In this document: piece by piece, positions 1-10,048 of the stretch
How the letters are laid out: each line of letters opens with the position of its first letter
Position numbering within the stretch: position 1 is the stretch's first letter
NCBI GenBank assembly: GCA_965201075.1
Contig: CBDAVP010000004.1
Span: 62,001 to 126,000 of the forward strand
Reading direction: 5' to 3'
From: Isosphaeraceae bacterium
Lineage (GTDB): Bacteria; Planctomycetota; Planctomycetia; Isosphaerales; Isosphaeraceae
DNA: 64,000 nucleotides
Notes under the pieces: generated by a model
What the model was told of the DNA's origin: nothing
Databases searched by the model: none
Seen by the model: only the letters and a program-made list of their open reading frames with translations
Translations under genes and position numbers: made by a program

Positions 1-2
1 GC

Positions 3-578
3 CGCTATCGAGACCACGGCCAGACCGCCGACTTCGACGCGCTGGTCCACCGCTACGAGCGCGAGCTTTACCGCTACCTGGCCCGCTACCTGGGCAATCC
101 GGCCCTGGCCGACGACGTCTTCCAGAACACCTTCCTGCAGGTCCACCTGAAACGCCATCTCTACGAGGACGGGCGGCCGTTCCGCCCGTGGCTGTATGCC
201 ATCGCGACCCACCAGGCCGTCGACGCCCTACGCAAGGCTGGCCGCCACCCGACGGTCAGCCTGGATAAGCGCGGCGACGGTGGCGACAACGAGCCCGGGG
301 CGCTGGTCGACCTCCTGGTCGGCGACGAGCCCGGTCCCCTCGCCCGTCTTCAGGGGGACGAGCGGGCTCGGTGGGTTCAGGATGCCATCGCTCGGCTGCC
401 GGAAGTCCTGAGGGAAACGCTGATCCTGGCCTATTACCAGGATCTGAAGTATCGGGAGATCGCCGAGATCCAGAAGATCCCGGTGGGCACGGTCAAGTCC
501 CGCCTGCACGCCGCATTGGCCAAACTGCAAGAGATGGCCCGCGGCCCTGGCCCCGACGGAAACGGTTCCCTCCCATGA
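3..578 (+). CDS. ECF-family RNA polymerase sigma factor (5' end outside window)
   Basis: Own translation from nt 3 (not in ORF track): FDALVHRYERELYRYL..ADDVFQNTFLQV..FRPWLYAIATHQAVD (region 2) and LAYYQDLKYREIAEIQKIPVGTVKSRLHAAL (region 4.2); TGA at 576-578. Confidence 0.93.
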   Translation, partial: RYRDHGQTADFDALVHRYERELYRYLARYLGNPALADDVFQNTFLQVHLKRHLYEDGRPFRPWLYAIATHQAVDALRKAGRHPTVSLDKRGDGGDNEPGALVDLLVGDEPGPLARLQGDERARWVQDAIARLPEVLRETLILAYYQDLKYREIAEIQKIPVGTVKSRLHAALAKLQEMARGPGPDGNGSLP

Positions 579-1528
579 ACGCCGACGAATTGCTCGAACT
601 GGCCCTACGTCGCGGCGAACCGGTCGCGAGTTTCGACCTCGGTCCCAGTGATGGCCTACGTCTCGATTTGCTGAGGTCGCGCCTCGACCTGCTGCTGGAC
701 GACGGCCGCGACGACCTGGAACCGCCCCGAGACCTGGCCAAGCGCACCCTCGCGGTCGTGGCCGAACGCCGCCGGAAGCGCGCCTTGCTGGAATTCTCTC
801 CGACGCGGGTCCCGTTCCGCTGGGCCGACGTGGCGGTCGCCGCGGGCATCTTTGCCGCGGGTGTGCTGACCCTCTTGCCGGCAGTTCAGAAGGGTAAGGA
901 GCGGGCCGTCCAGGCGGCCTGCACGTTCAACCTTCAACAGTTGGGCTATGCCCTTCGGCAATACTCCAACGCCCACGGCGCCTATCCTTACGTCAAGTCG
1001 GACGAGCCTTCCCCGCGGGCCGGTGCGTTCGCCGTCCTGTTGCACGACGCCGGGTACTTGCCCCGCCCCTCCGACCTGGAATGCCCAGCCAATGGCCCGG
1101 CGGAGTTGTCCGACACCCTGCCCCACTACCGGGATTTGGGCCACGCCGAGTCGAAAGCGTCGGGCTGTCCGCCCTGTCTGCATCACATTGACTACGCCTA
1201 CAGTCAGGGCTACGAGCACAAACCCGGCCGGCCCGGCCCCGCGCCGACGGCTCGCAGTGGGTTCCCCCAGCACATGCTCCCGCTGCTGGCTGACCGACCG
1301 GCGGATGACTCGGCCGGGCACATCCTGCCGGGCAACAGCCGCAACCACGCCAGCCACGGCCAGAACGTCCTGTTCGGCGACGGCCACGTCGCCTGGCACC
1401 CCGACCGCCGCCTTAGCCCATTGGACGACGATCTCTTCTCCAACGCCCGCCACACCACCGCACCGAGCCTTTCTCCCGACGACGCGGTTCTCGTCCCCGC
1501 CACCTTCCGCACCGACGGCGGCTTTTGA
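575..1528 (+). CDS. Putative anti-sigma factor with TM helix and DUF1559-like / H-X9-DG domain
   Basis: ATGA overlap with the sigma gene; TM segment VAVAAGIFAAGVLTLLPAVQ; CTFNLQQLGYALRQY and NHASHGQNVLFGDGHV motifs typical of planctomycete DUF1559-type proteins. Confidence 0.7.
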   Translation: MNADELLELALRRGEPVASFDLGPSDGLRLDLLRSRLDLLLDDGRDDLEPPRDLAKRTLAVVAERRRKRALLEFSPTRVPFRWADVAVAAGIFAAGVLTLLPAVQKGKERAVQAACTFNLQQLGYALRQYSNAHGAYPYVKSDEPSPRAGAFAVLLHDAGYLPRPSDLECPANGPAELSDTLPHYRDLGHAESKASGCPPCLHHIDYAYSQGYEHKPGRPGPAPTARSGFPQHMLPLLADRPADDSAGHILPGNSRNHASHGQNVLFGDGHVAWHPDRRLSPLDDDLFSNARHTTAPSLSPDDAVLVPATFRTDGGF

Positions 1529-1863
1529 CTCACACGGGGACGATCACGGGTAGAAAGGAGAGCAGCGTGGGCCAATTCCAGAGTCGCCCGACTTGTCAAT
1601 AAATGTTGGCATGGGGGCGATGTGCGAGCCACGGCTTTGAGTCGACTTCGTGAGATTTTGACCCCTGTTTTATAAATCTGACCACTCTGCCTGACTAGAA
1701 AAGAGTGATGCCAGTGTGTTTCTGGCTTCTCAGCGTCACATCATCCCTCCCGTTAATGCCCATCCATCTCAAAGCTAACTCCCGCTCGGGTTGAGGGTAC
1801 AAAGCGGCTTGGGTTTCGCGCAGAATGGGTTCCGAAGCAGAGTGTGGTCAGGGGGAAACAGCG

Positions 1864-3897
1864 ATGAGGCGGGCACCCGACGCGCAGGTCTCCGAGTTCG
1901 CGGCGTTCGAGAAGTCCCAGGTCCCCCCCCCGCCCCAGCCGCCCGCCACTCGCAAGGCGTGGGACGACCGGTTGGAGTCGGTCCGCGCCGGGGTCAAGCG
2001 ATCCCTCGGTAGGATGCCGGCCGAGGATTGCTCTCTCGACCCCGAAATCCTCGGCACCCTCACCCGGGACGGCGTGACCGTCGAGCGCCTGACCTTCCAG
2101 AGCCGCCCCGGCGTCCGGGTCACGGCCAACCTTTACCGGCCCGAGAATCCCAGCGGGATGCGCGGCCCGGCGGTTCTGTCGGTGCATGGTCACTGGGCCC
2201 TCGCCCGGCTCGCCCCGCAGGTTCGCGACCGCTGCGTCGGCCTGGCCAGGCTCGGCTACGTCGCACTGGCCGTCGACGCCCTTGGCTCCGGCGAACGCGC
2301 CGTCGAGGTCAAGGCCGGCACCTATCACGGCGGCCTCATCGCCGCCTCGCTGTTCCCCTCCGGGCTGACCCTGATGGGCGCGCAGGTTCTCGACAACCGT
2401 CGAGCCGTGGATTACCTCATCAGCCGTCCCGAGGTCGACGCTTCCCGCATCGCCATCACCGGCGCATCGGGCGGCGGCAACCAGTCGCTTTATGCCGGCT
2501 TGACCGACCCGAGGCTCGCGGCCGTCATCCCGGTCTGCGGCATCGGCACCCTCGGTTCCTACATCGGCCCTGGCTGCTGCCTCTGCGAGGTCCTGCTGGG
2601 CGGCCTCCGCTACGCCTCCACCGGCGACCTGCTGGCTTTGATCGCTCCGCGCCCCCTGCTGGTCATCAACGCCACCAAGGACGTCCCCCAGTTCAGTGTC
2701 GGCGAGGCCCTCAAAAGCGTCGACTACGCCCGGGGGCGATACCAGGGGCTCGACGCCGAGGCCAGGATCCAGCACCTCGCCGTCGATTCGGGGCACGACT
2801 ACAACCAGACAATGCGCGAGGCCCTCTACGGCTGGCTCGACCGCTGGTTCCGCGACCACGGCGACGGCGGTCCGATGCCCGAGCCGACTCTCCCCACATT
2901 CGAGCCGGCCGAGCTGCGCTGCTACCCCGAGGACACCCCGCGACCCGCGACGATCGGGACGATTCCCGAGCTCGCCCTGCGGGAAGGTCGCGCCCGGCTG
3001 GCCGCGCTGCCGCCGGCGGCCGACCACCCCGAGAGGTTCGAGGCCGACGCCCTTTTGATGCGGTCGGTCCTCCGCGACGACATTCTCGGCGGCTTCCCGA
3101 GCAATTCCCCGCCCCTGGACCTGGAAGTCGCCGCGAAGGAGGTCGAGGGGGGCGGCCGGTCGTTGACGATCACCTCCGAGTTGGAGATGCGCCTCAAGGG
3201 CCGCCTTCTGGGACCCTTGCGAGAGAACCCCGGGCGAGGGACCGTGGTCCTGCTGCGTCCCGAGGGGGTCGCGCCGCCCGACGATCCTTTGGTCGCCGCC
3301 CTGCGCAACGGCCCGGCGGCCCGCGCCGTCTTGACTGTTGACCTGCGTGACCCCTTGAAGCAGCCCGACCCCGATTGGCTCGGTCCGGGAGGGCATCACC
3401 ACCCGGCCCAGTGGGGCCTGTGGCTCGGTCGACCGTTGCTGGGCCAGTGGGCCTGGGACGCCCGTCGCTGGCTGGAGGCCCTGGCCGATATTGAGGAGGA
3501 CCAGGAAGCGCCGCCGCCGGTCGTGGTGGGAGTCGGCCCGTTCGCCCTGGTCGCCCTGGTCGCCGTTGGGCTGGGAGGCGTCGACGCTCGGGTGGGCACC
3601 CTCGGCGGCCCGGTTAGCTTCGTCGGTCCGGGCCCCTGGAGGGGCTGGGACCTTGGGACGATCGCCCCCAACATCCTGGAGGTCGGCGACGTGGGCCAAC
3701 TCGCGTCGCTGGTTGCCCCCAACCGCCTGGCCGTGGCCGGTGGGACCGAGCCCGACGGCAAGCCCGTCTCGGCCGAACGGCTCCGAGACGCCTACGACGC
3801 CGCCCGGACCGTCTTCCGGGCTTTGAACCGCCCCGACCGCGTGACCCTGGCCGAAGGCGACGACCTTGCCGCCCTTCTGGCCGCCTGGGAAGACTAA
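1864..3897 (+). CDS. Alpha/beta hydrolase (acetylxylan esterase-like), duplicated hydrolase domains
   Basis: VHGH, RRAVDYLISRPEVDASRIAITGASGGG (GxSxGG nucleophile elbow), GHDY; start could also be 1825. Confidence 0.82.
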   Translation: MRRAPDAQVSEFAAFEKSQVPPPPQPPATRKAWDDRLESVRAGVKRSLGRMPAEDCSLDPEILGTLTRDGVTVERLTFQSRPGVRVTANLYRPENPSGMRGPAVLSVHGHWALARLAPQVRDRCVGLARLGYVALAVDALGSGERAVEVKAGTYHGGLIAASLFPSGLTLMGAQVLDNRRAVDYLISRPEVDASRIAITGASGGGNQSLYAGLTDPRLAAVIPVCGIGTLGSYIGPGCCLCEVLLGGLRYASTGDLLALIAPRPLLVINATKDVPQFSVGEALKSVDYARGRYQGLDAEARIQHLAVDSGHDYNQTMREALYGWLDRWFRDHGDGGPMPEPTLPTFEPAELRCYPEDTPRPATIGTIPELALREGRARLAALPPAADHPERFEADALLMRSVLRDDILGGFPSNSPPLDLEVAAKEVEGGGRSLTITSELEMRLKGRLLGPLRENPGRGTVVLLRPEGVAPPDDPLVAALRNGPAARAVLTVDLRDPLKQPDPDWLGPGGHHHPAQWGLWLGRPLLGQWAWDARRWLEALADIEEDQEAPPPVVVGVGPFALVALVAVGLGGVDARVGTLGGPVSFVGPGPWRGWDLGTIAPNILEVGDVGQLASLVAPNRLAVAGGTEPDGKPVSAERLRDAYDAARTVFRALNRPDRVTLAEGDDLAALLAAWED

Positions 3898-4071
3898 ATC
3901 TGGAACGAGATTCGCGAGAATTGGGACGATGGCGGCCGAAATCTCGCCGATTTCCCCTGGGGTCTGCGCCCCTTGACCCCGGCGGGTGCCGATACCTAGA
4001 GTCAAGAGATCCCGCCCGACCTGGACCCTCGTGGTCTCGGCCGCCCCGCCCGAAGCGAGGTTTCCCACGCC

Positions 4072-6024
4072 ATGTCTCAGGGTGACGCCACTGATCCCAC
4101 CGCCATCCCCCCCCGCCACCTCGACCGCCCTGCCCGGCGTCGACGGCGCTGGGTTTGGCTCGCCCTGGTCGCGTTGGGCCTCGGGGGCGTCGTCGCGGCG
4201 GGGCGGGGTAGGGTCCGGTCTCCCTGGATCTCTCAGCCCGAACCCCTGGCCACCACCGAGGTTGACCGCGGTGACATCGCGGTCGTGCTGGTCGAGGGTG
4301 GGTCGCTGGAAAGCGCCAACAACGTCACGGTCAAGAGCAAGGTCGAGGCCCTGATCGGTCTGACTGGCGGCGCGACCGCCGCGACTCCCACGGCCGCGGG
4401 AGCTTCCTCGGCCACCAGCACCACGACCACGACCAAGGCCGCCGCCACCACCGGCGCCTCCCGCGCGGCGACCGGAGGCACCGCCGCTGGCGGCGCGACT
4501 GGCTCGACCACCGCTGGCACCAGCACGACCGGAGGCACCGCGACCACCGCCGCCGCCACGTCTTCCGCATCCGCCGCGTCGTCGTCCGCCGCGGGTGGGG
4601 CATCCTCGGCGGGCGGTTCGGCCACGATCAAGCCGCCCGACATCCGCAGTTTCACCTACACCATCGCCGCCCACGTCCCGTTGCGTCCCACCTCCGCGAC
4701 CCAGAGCAAGACCGTCGCCGCGGCCCCCGCCGCCGGCACGGGCGGGGGCGGCGGCGGAGGAGGCCGCGGCGGACGAGGCGGGGGTGGCGGCGGCATGCAG
4801 GTCGGGGCCGAGAAGCCCGGCGCCACCCGCATCCTGTCGATTCTGCCCGAGGGAACTCCGGTCCGTACCGGCGACACCGTCTGCGTACTCGACTCCTCGA
4901 CCTTTCGTGACGAGGTCAACGCCCAGCTCATCCGCCACGCCCAGGCCCGGTCCTACGTCGAGCAGGCCCACTCGGCCCTGGAGGTCAACAACATCGCGTT
5001 GAAGGAGTATCGCGATGGCGTCCTGCCGATGGACACCGAATCGCTCGACGGATACATCGCCGCCTGCCTCCTGGCCTTCCAGATCATCGACATGCAGTCG
5101 CAGTGGTCGCACGACATGGCCGCCAAGGGGCTCCGCACCAAGACCCAGGTGCGCGGCGATGAACTGGCTTACCAGCAGGCCGAGATCGCCCTGAAAGAGG
5201 CCCGCGGCATGAAGCGTCGGCTGGACGAGCACACCGCGCCGAAGATCATCAAGTCGTTGGAGGCCAAGGGGTTCGCCATCAAGGCCGACCTGCTGGCCCA
5301 GGAAGCGGCCTTTGGACTGGAGTCGGACCGTCTGCGACGGTTGCAGGCGGCCGTGGCCAACTGCACGCTGAAGGCCCCGGGGCCCGGCGTGGTCGCCTAC
5401 GCCAACACGGCCAACCGCTGGGGACGCGTCGACAACCCAATTCAGGAAGGGATCACCGTCCGCGAGGGGATGTCGATCTTTGATCTGCCCGACCCCGAGC
5501 ATCTCCGCGTTCGCGCCCGGATCAATGAGTCGAAGGTCAACAGCCTGCACACCGGCCAGGTGGCCGAGGTGGTCCTTGACGCCTACCCCAATCAGCCCTT
5601 GAGGGGCGTGGTGGCCGAGATCACCCCGATCCCAGTGGCCGACGGGGCACTGTCGGATGTGAAGAACTACACCGCGATCGTCAACATCACCAGCAAGTCG
5701 TTCGACGGCCTGCGCCCCGGCCTCAGCGCCCGCCTGACCGTTGACGCCGGCACGGCGCTGGATGTGGTGCGGGTCCCTCTGGGAGCGATCCGCTGGGTTG
5801 ATGGCCGCCCCTTCGCCGCGAGGATGACCCCGTCCGGCCCGGAGTGGCGCCTTCTGGAACTTGGCCTGGCCGACGCCCAATTCGCCGAGGTCCGCTCGGG
5901 ACTGGCCCCCGGCGACCACGTCGTGGCCACTCCCGGAGCGCTCCCCGCGCCGCCGCCAGACCTGAAGCTCCCAACCCAACCCACACCCCCAGCGGCCGGC
6001 ATCCAGACCGCGGCCCGCCCCTAG
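4072..6024 (+). CDS. Efflux RND/ABC transporter periplasmic adaptor (HlyD-like) with low-complexity insert
   Basis: N-terminal TM, GSLESANNVTVKSKVE, PEGTPVRTGD, coiled coil, LKAPGPGVV, RINESKV..GQ, GLRPGLSA, GLAPGDHVV. Confidence 0.85.
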   Translation: MSQGDATDPTAIPPRHLDRPARRRRRWVWLALVALGLGGVVAAGRGRVRSPWISQPEPLATTEVDRGDIAVVLVEGGSLESANNVTVKSKVEALIGLTGGATAATPTAAGASSATSTTTTTKAAATTGASRAATGGTAAGGATGSTTAGTSTTGGTATTAAATSSASAASSSAAGGASSAGGSATIKPPDIRSFTYTIAAHVPLRPTSATQSKTVAAAPAAGTGGGGGGGGRGGRGGGGGGMQVGAEKPGATRILSILPEGTPVRTGDTVCVLDSSTFRDEVNAQLIRHAQARSYVEQAHSALEVNNIALKEYRDGVLPMDTESLDGYIAACLLAFQIIDMQSQWSHDMAAKGLRTKTQVRGDELAYQQAEIALKEARGMKRRLDEHTAPKIIKSLEAKGFAIKADLLAQEAAFGLESDRLRRLQAAVANCTLKAPGPGVVAYANTANRWGRVDNPIQEGITVREGMSIFDLPDPEHLRVRARINESKVNSLHTGQVAEVVLDAYPNQPLRGVVAEITPIPVADGALSDVKNYTAIVNITSKSFDGLRPGLSARLTVDAGTALDVVRVPLGAIRWVDGRPFAARMTPSGPEWRLLELGLADAQFAEVRSGLAPGDHVVATPGALPAPPPDLKLPTQPTPPAAGIQTAARP

Positions 6025-6108
6025 CTCCCATGCGGTTTGACGGCGGCTTGCCTGTCCGTCCATCCCGAGACCACACCACGAGTTCCGCCCACCGAACCCC
6101 GTCGAGCC

Positions 6109-7641
6109 ATGTCCGAGACGACCACCGCCGGCGCCCAACGGGCCCTGGACCGAGCCGCCGCCCGAGCCCTGCGACGAGGCGCCTCGGCAACCGAGCCCCT
6201 GGACCTGCTGGCCGCCCTGGCCGACGAGCCCGAAAGCCGCGCCGGGACGCTGCTGGCCCTCGGCGGACTTGACGGCGAGGCCCTCGCCCGTCGCCTGGGA
6301 ACCGACGCCGAGCCGCCGGATCTCGACGCCGACGGCGGGCCGACCCCAACCCCATCGGCCGACCTTCGCGCTGTCCTGGGAGACGCTGGCCTGCGGGCCC
6401 GAGCCGCCGGGAGGGGCCGACCCATTGGGACCGAACACCTTCTGCTCGGTCTTTTTTCCACCTCCGGGCCGGTCGCCGAACTGCTGAGTGACGCTGGGCT
6501 CGCCCCCGAGACGCTGGTCGACCGTGTCGAGGAGCCCGAGACTGGCCCGATCCCCCTGGGAGACGACCTGCCCGCCCCCGAGCTGGCCGACCCCTTCGAG
6601 GCGGCCGACCTGGCCCGGCTGTTGGACGCCTCGGCCAACCGAGCGGGGGAGGGGCTGCGGGTCGTCGAGGACTACGCCCGGTTCGCGCTGGATCACCCCG
6701 GTCTGACCCGCAGGCTGAAGGAGGTCCGCCACCGGCTGGCCGAGGCCGTCAGAGGGTTGGGGCGCGAGCGGCTGCTCTCCGGACGCGACACTCCGGGAGA
6801 CGTCGGCGCCCACGTCACGACCCCCGCCGAACGGATCCGCGAGAACCCCCGGGCCGTCCTGCTGGCCAACTTCCGTCGCACCACCGAGGCGCTGCGAAGC
6901 CTGGAGGAATACGCCAAGCTGCTGGACGTCTGGGTCGCCTCGCGGTTTGAATCGCTTCGCTACGATGTCTATACGCTCGAAAAACTCGCGCTGTCCGCCG
7001 TCGCCGCTCGACGGACGCTGGGCGACACTCGACTGTACGTCCTGGTGGGCGGTCAGGCAACTCTGGGAGACCTGAACTGGTTGGTTGAGGAAGCGCTCGA
7101 TGGCGGCGCCGGGGCGATCCAGTTGCGGGAAAAGGGGTTGTCTGACCGGACGTTGCTGGAACATGCCCAGGCCGTGCGCCGACTGACCGCCCGCGCTGGG
7201 GCCGCGTTCCTGCTCAACGACCGATCCGACCTGGCTCGGGTGGTCGGCGCGGATGGCGTTCATCTGGGCCAGGAGGACTTGCCTCCCCGAGAGGCCCGCC
7301 GTGTGGTGGGGCCCAACGCCGTCCTTGGCCTTTCGACCCATAATGCCGAGCAGTTGGAGGCCGCGGCGCTTTCGGGGGCGAACTACCTGGGGGTTGGCCC
7401 CGTTTACTCCACTCCGACCAAGGCTTTCCCTGCCCTGGCCGGCCTGACCTTTGTTCGCGAGGCTGCTGAGCGCTCTCCGTTGCCGTGGTTCGCCATTGGT
7501 GGAATAACCCTGGAAAACCTGGACGAGGTGCTGGAGGCTGGGGCCCGGCGGGTGGCGGTCAGTTCGGCCGTGACCCGGGCGAATCGGCCAAGGGATGCCG
7601 CCGCCGCCTTTCGGACGCGGCTGGATGCGGCGGCTTCTTGA
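6109..7641 (+). CDS. thiE: Thiamine-phosphate synthase with N-terminal Clp-N-like and ThiD2-like domains
   Basis: C-terminal TMP-TENI motifs IQLREK, LNDRSDLA..ADGVHLGQEDL, GLSTHN, VGPVYSTPTK, FAIGGIT; middle DASANRAGEGLRVVED; N-terminal IGTEHLLLGL. Confidence 0.9.
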   Translation: MSETTTAGAQRALDRAAARALRRGASATEPLDLLAALADEPESRAGTLLALGGLDGEALARRLGTDAEPPDLDADGGPTPTPSADLRAVLGDAGLRARAAGRGRPIGTEHLLLGLFSTSGPVAELLSDAGLAPETLVDRVEEPETGPIPLGDDLPAPELADPFEAADLARLLDASANRAGEGLRVVEDYARFALDHPGLTRRLKEVRHRLAEAVRGLGRERLLSGRDTPGDVGAHVTTPAERIRENPRAVLLANFRRTTEALRSLEEYAKLLDVWVASRFESLRYDVYTLEKLALSAVAARRTLGDTRLYVLVGGQATLGDLNWLVEEALDGGAGAIQLREKGLSDRTLLEHAQAVRRLTARAGAAFLLNDRSDLARVVGADGVHLGQEDLPPREARRVVGPNAVLGLSTHNAEQLEAAALSGANYLGVGPVYSTPTKAFPALAGLTFVREAAERSPLPWFAIGGITLENLDEVLEAGARRVAVSSAVTRANRPRDAAAAFRTRLDAAAS

Positions 7642-7661
7642 CCGGGACGACCGCCGCTGGA

Positions 7662-8957
7662 TCATTCGGGGGGGGCCTTGAGCGTCCCCAGGAATTCGAG
7701 GATCGCCTGCCGATCGTCGGCGGGCAGGGCCTTGTAGGCGTTGGTCACGGATTTGGCGTTGCCGAGGTGGCGATTGATGGCGGACTCCAGGGTGGGGGAG
7801 CCGCCATCGTGGAAGTAGGGGGCGGAGTCGGCCACTCCCCAGAGCGGGGGCGTTTTCCACTCGGCGGGGTCGGGGTGTTCGAAGGGGAGCAGGGGGAGGT
7901 CGGGGGTTTCCTCGTCATAGCCCCCCTTGCCGGGCCCGTCGAAATCGTCGAGACGGTGGAGGCGGAAGTCGCTGTAAACCCCGGCCAGACCTCCCACTTC
8001 GGGCAGGTGGCAGGCGACGCAACCGACCGTGGCGAAGAGGGTTTTGCCGTGGGTCGCCCGGGTTCGGCCTTGCTCGGAGGTGGGTGGGGTTTCGATGGGG
8101 CGTTCCAGGGTGTCGACGAAGGCCAGGAGGGAGCGGAACTGGGTTCGGTCGAGGTCGGGCTCGACGTCGGGGTAGTCGCAGTGGCCGAGGGGGCGGGCCT
8201 GTTCCATGCGGGGGTTGCCCAGGCCGAGTTCGTTGGCGCAGGCGGCGGCGACGAACTCGTCGACGCTGGCGAACTGAGCCTTCCAGCCGAACTTGCCGAT
8301 GGCTCCTCCGGGCAGTTGGCGGAGGCGTCCGGGGCCGACCCCATCGAACTTGGCGTGAAGCTCCTCGCCGACGCGGGCCAGGGTGGCCTTCAAACTGGCG
8401 TGGCGGAGGCTTTTGCTGGAGAGGCGGTCGATCCAGCCGACCCCGAAAAGCGGGGGGGAGTTGACCGACTCGGTGCGGACGGGGTCGAAGTCCCGGGTGA
8501 AGACCGGCTGGCAGACCGCGTGGACCACCGACCCGTTGGGGATGATTGGGAAAAGCTCTCGCAAGGCCTGGCTGTGTTCGAGGAAGTTGTTGGCCACGGC
8601 GAACTTGTGGACGAGGCCGCCCTTGACCTCGGGGCGGTCGTGAGTGGGGTGGGCCTCGAAGCTGGTGACGTTCTGGTCGTTGCCGCCGCCACCGCCAACG
8701 CCCCCCTGGAAGTGGCAGGCGACGCAGGACCGTTCGTTGAAGACCGGGCCGAGGCCGTCGCCGCCGGCCAAGGTGTCGTGAGGCTGCCACTCGTGCTCGA
8801 AGAGGGTTCGGCCCGCGGCCTTGACCTCGGCGCTAGCGCGAGGCGCCCACCAAATCGGCAGGCCCGGGACCGCCGCCCAGGCCACTCCCGTCATCCCCAA
8901 GCCCGTCACTGCGTAGCCGATCCGCCGCCGCCAACGCTCGATGGGTGTGCCGTGCAT
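7662..8957 (-). CDS. Di-heme oxidoreductase family protein (DHOR-like)
   Basis: GDGLGPVFNERSCVACH, GKFGWKAQ, second CVACH, WKTPPLWG, PYFHDG; AGGAGG RBS before ATG at 8957. Confidence 0.85.
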   Translation of the reverse strand: MHGTPIERWRRRIGYAVTGLGMTGVAWAAVPGLPIWWAPRASAEVKAAGRTLFEHEWQPHDTLAGGDGLGPVFNERSCVACHFQGGVGGGGGNDQNVTSFEAHPTHDRPEVKGGLVHKFAVANNFLEHSQALRELFPIIPNGSVVHAVCQPVFTRDFDPVRTESVNSPPLFGVGWIDRLSSKSLRHASLKATLARVGEELHAKFDGVGPGRLRQLPGGAIGKFGWKAQFASVDEFVAAACANELGLGNPRMEQARPLGHCDYPDVEPDLDRTQFRSLLAFVDTLERPIETPPTSEQGRTRATHGKTLFATVGCVACHLPEVGGLAGVYSDFRLHRLDDFDGPGKGGYDEETPDLPLLPFEHPDPAEWKTPPLWGVADSAPYFHDGGSPTLESAINRHLGNAKSVTNAYKALPADDRQAILEFLGTLKAPPE

Positions 8958-9134
8958 CGTCGCCTCCTGTTGGCTTCCGGAAGCCCCCTTTGGTCCGACC
9001 TTTGACAACTGTAATCGACGAGTTGGGGTCGGGCAAGGGCTCATCGACATTTGTCAGGAAATGGCCCGTGGCATGCGAATCGCTTCCGAGACGGGTATTC
9101 CGGGAATGGGCACCATTTTGGAAGGGGCGACTCG

Positions 9135-9647
9135 ATGGGGTTCTTCGACGCCTTGCGGCAGGTTTTGGGAGCCGAGCGGGATGATCGGGGGGATCGGGGT
9201 GACCCTCGGATCGTCGAGACGGATGAGTTGGATGACTCGGCTCACCCGGAGTATCCCGCCGGGAAGGTGGTCGCGGCCGACCCCGACGAGATGGCGGCTC
9301 CTCCCCGGACGACCGAGTTCGACCGGGAGCAGTGGCGACGTAAACTCAAGCGTCTTCTGGAGAAACTTCCCGCGACCCGGGAGGCGTGGCCGGCTTTGAT
9401 GACTGATGCCGGGGCGTTGGATCTGGATACCTCGTGGGTGGAGACCTGTCAGCGGGAAGAATTCGCCCTGATGGTTCGAAAGGTCGTCAGTGACCGGGTT
9501 GTCACCTTGGAGGAGCATAGCAAACTAGAACTGGCGAGGAGCCTGATCGGCCTGACGGATACCGAGGCCGAGGCGATCTTGCGCGACATTGTCGCCGATG
9601 CCGAGTCGTTCTTTGGCCAGGCGGTCGAGGGCGTCGATCCGTCGTGA
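9135..9647 (+). CDS. Hypothetical protein, TerB-like C-terminal helices
   Basis: MGFFDALRQ start; VVSDRVVTLEEHSKLELARSLIGLTDTEAEAIL resembles TerB-type DG.V..EE motif. Confidence 0.6.
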   Translation: MGFFDALRQVLGAERDDRGDRGDPRIVETDELDDSAHPEYPAGKVVAADPDEMAAPPRTTEFDREQWRRKLKRLLEKLPATREAWPALMTDAGALDLDTSWVETCQREEFALMVRKVVSDRVVTLEEHSKLELARSLIGLTDTEAEAILRDIVADAESFFGQAVEGVDPS

Positions 9648-10048
9648 ACAGGAGGGCGGATTCCTCTAGGAAATGGGAATCGTTCCGAGCGTCGGGGGGG
9701 GCACGGCTCGACCGTTGAGGGATGTTGGGCGGGGGCGGGGGCTGTCTGGCACCTGCTGACGGGAGTTCGATTGGGAGGGTTCGAGAGGGCTTTTCGGAGG
9801 TGAATGAGGGGCGATTGGCGGTCGATTTGAGGGTTTTGGTGGTCGATTTGGGCCGTTTGGTGGTCGGGAATTCTCGCGCGACGCCCTCTCCTTGGGGCGG
9901 GGGGAGCGGGTCCGGATTGGGAAAGAACCGTGGCGGTTGGAGGTTGGGGGGGGATGTCAGGCCTTGAGGAGGGAGGGGGGATCTTCGGGATTGGACGATT
10001 TGGGGTCCTTCTTGCGGGATCTGCGGGGTTCGTCTCGGATCATCGGCT

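Noticed and set aside
1655..1675. Isolated TTTGACCCCTG in an AT-rich intergenic region (also 31669-31677)
   Set aside because: Only an 8-nt match to the repeat tip with no partner arm; compatible with chance
6024..6108. TPP riboswitch before thiE; leader-peptide attenuator before leuC (35455-35652)
   Set aside because: No conserved TPP core and no Leu-rich leader ORF found
1753..7860. 2035-aa ORF on the minus strand
   Set aside because: Antisense shadow of three recognisable plus-strand genes that share one frame; high GC3 removes antisense stops; no domain motifs
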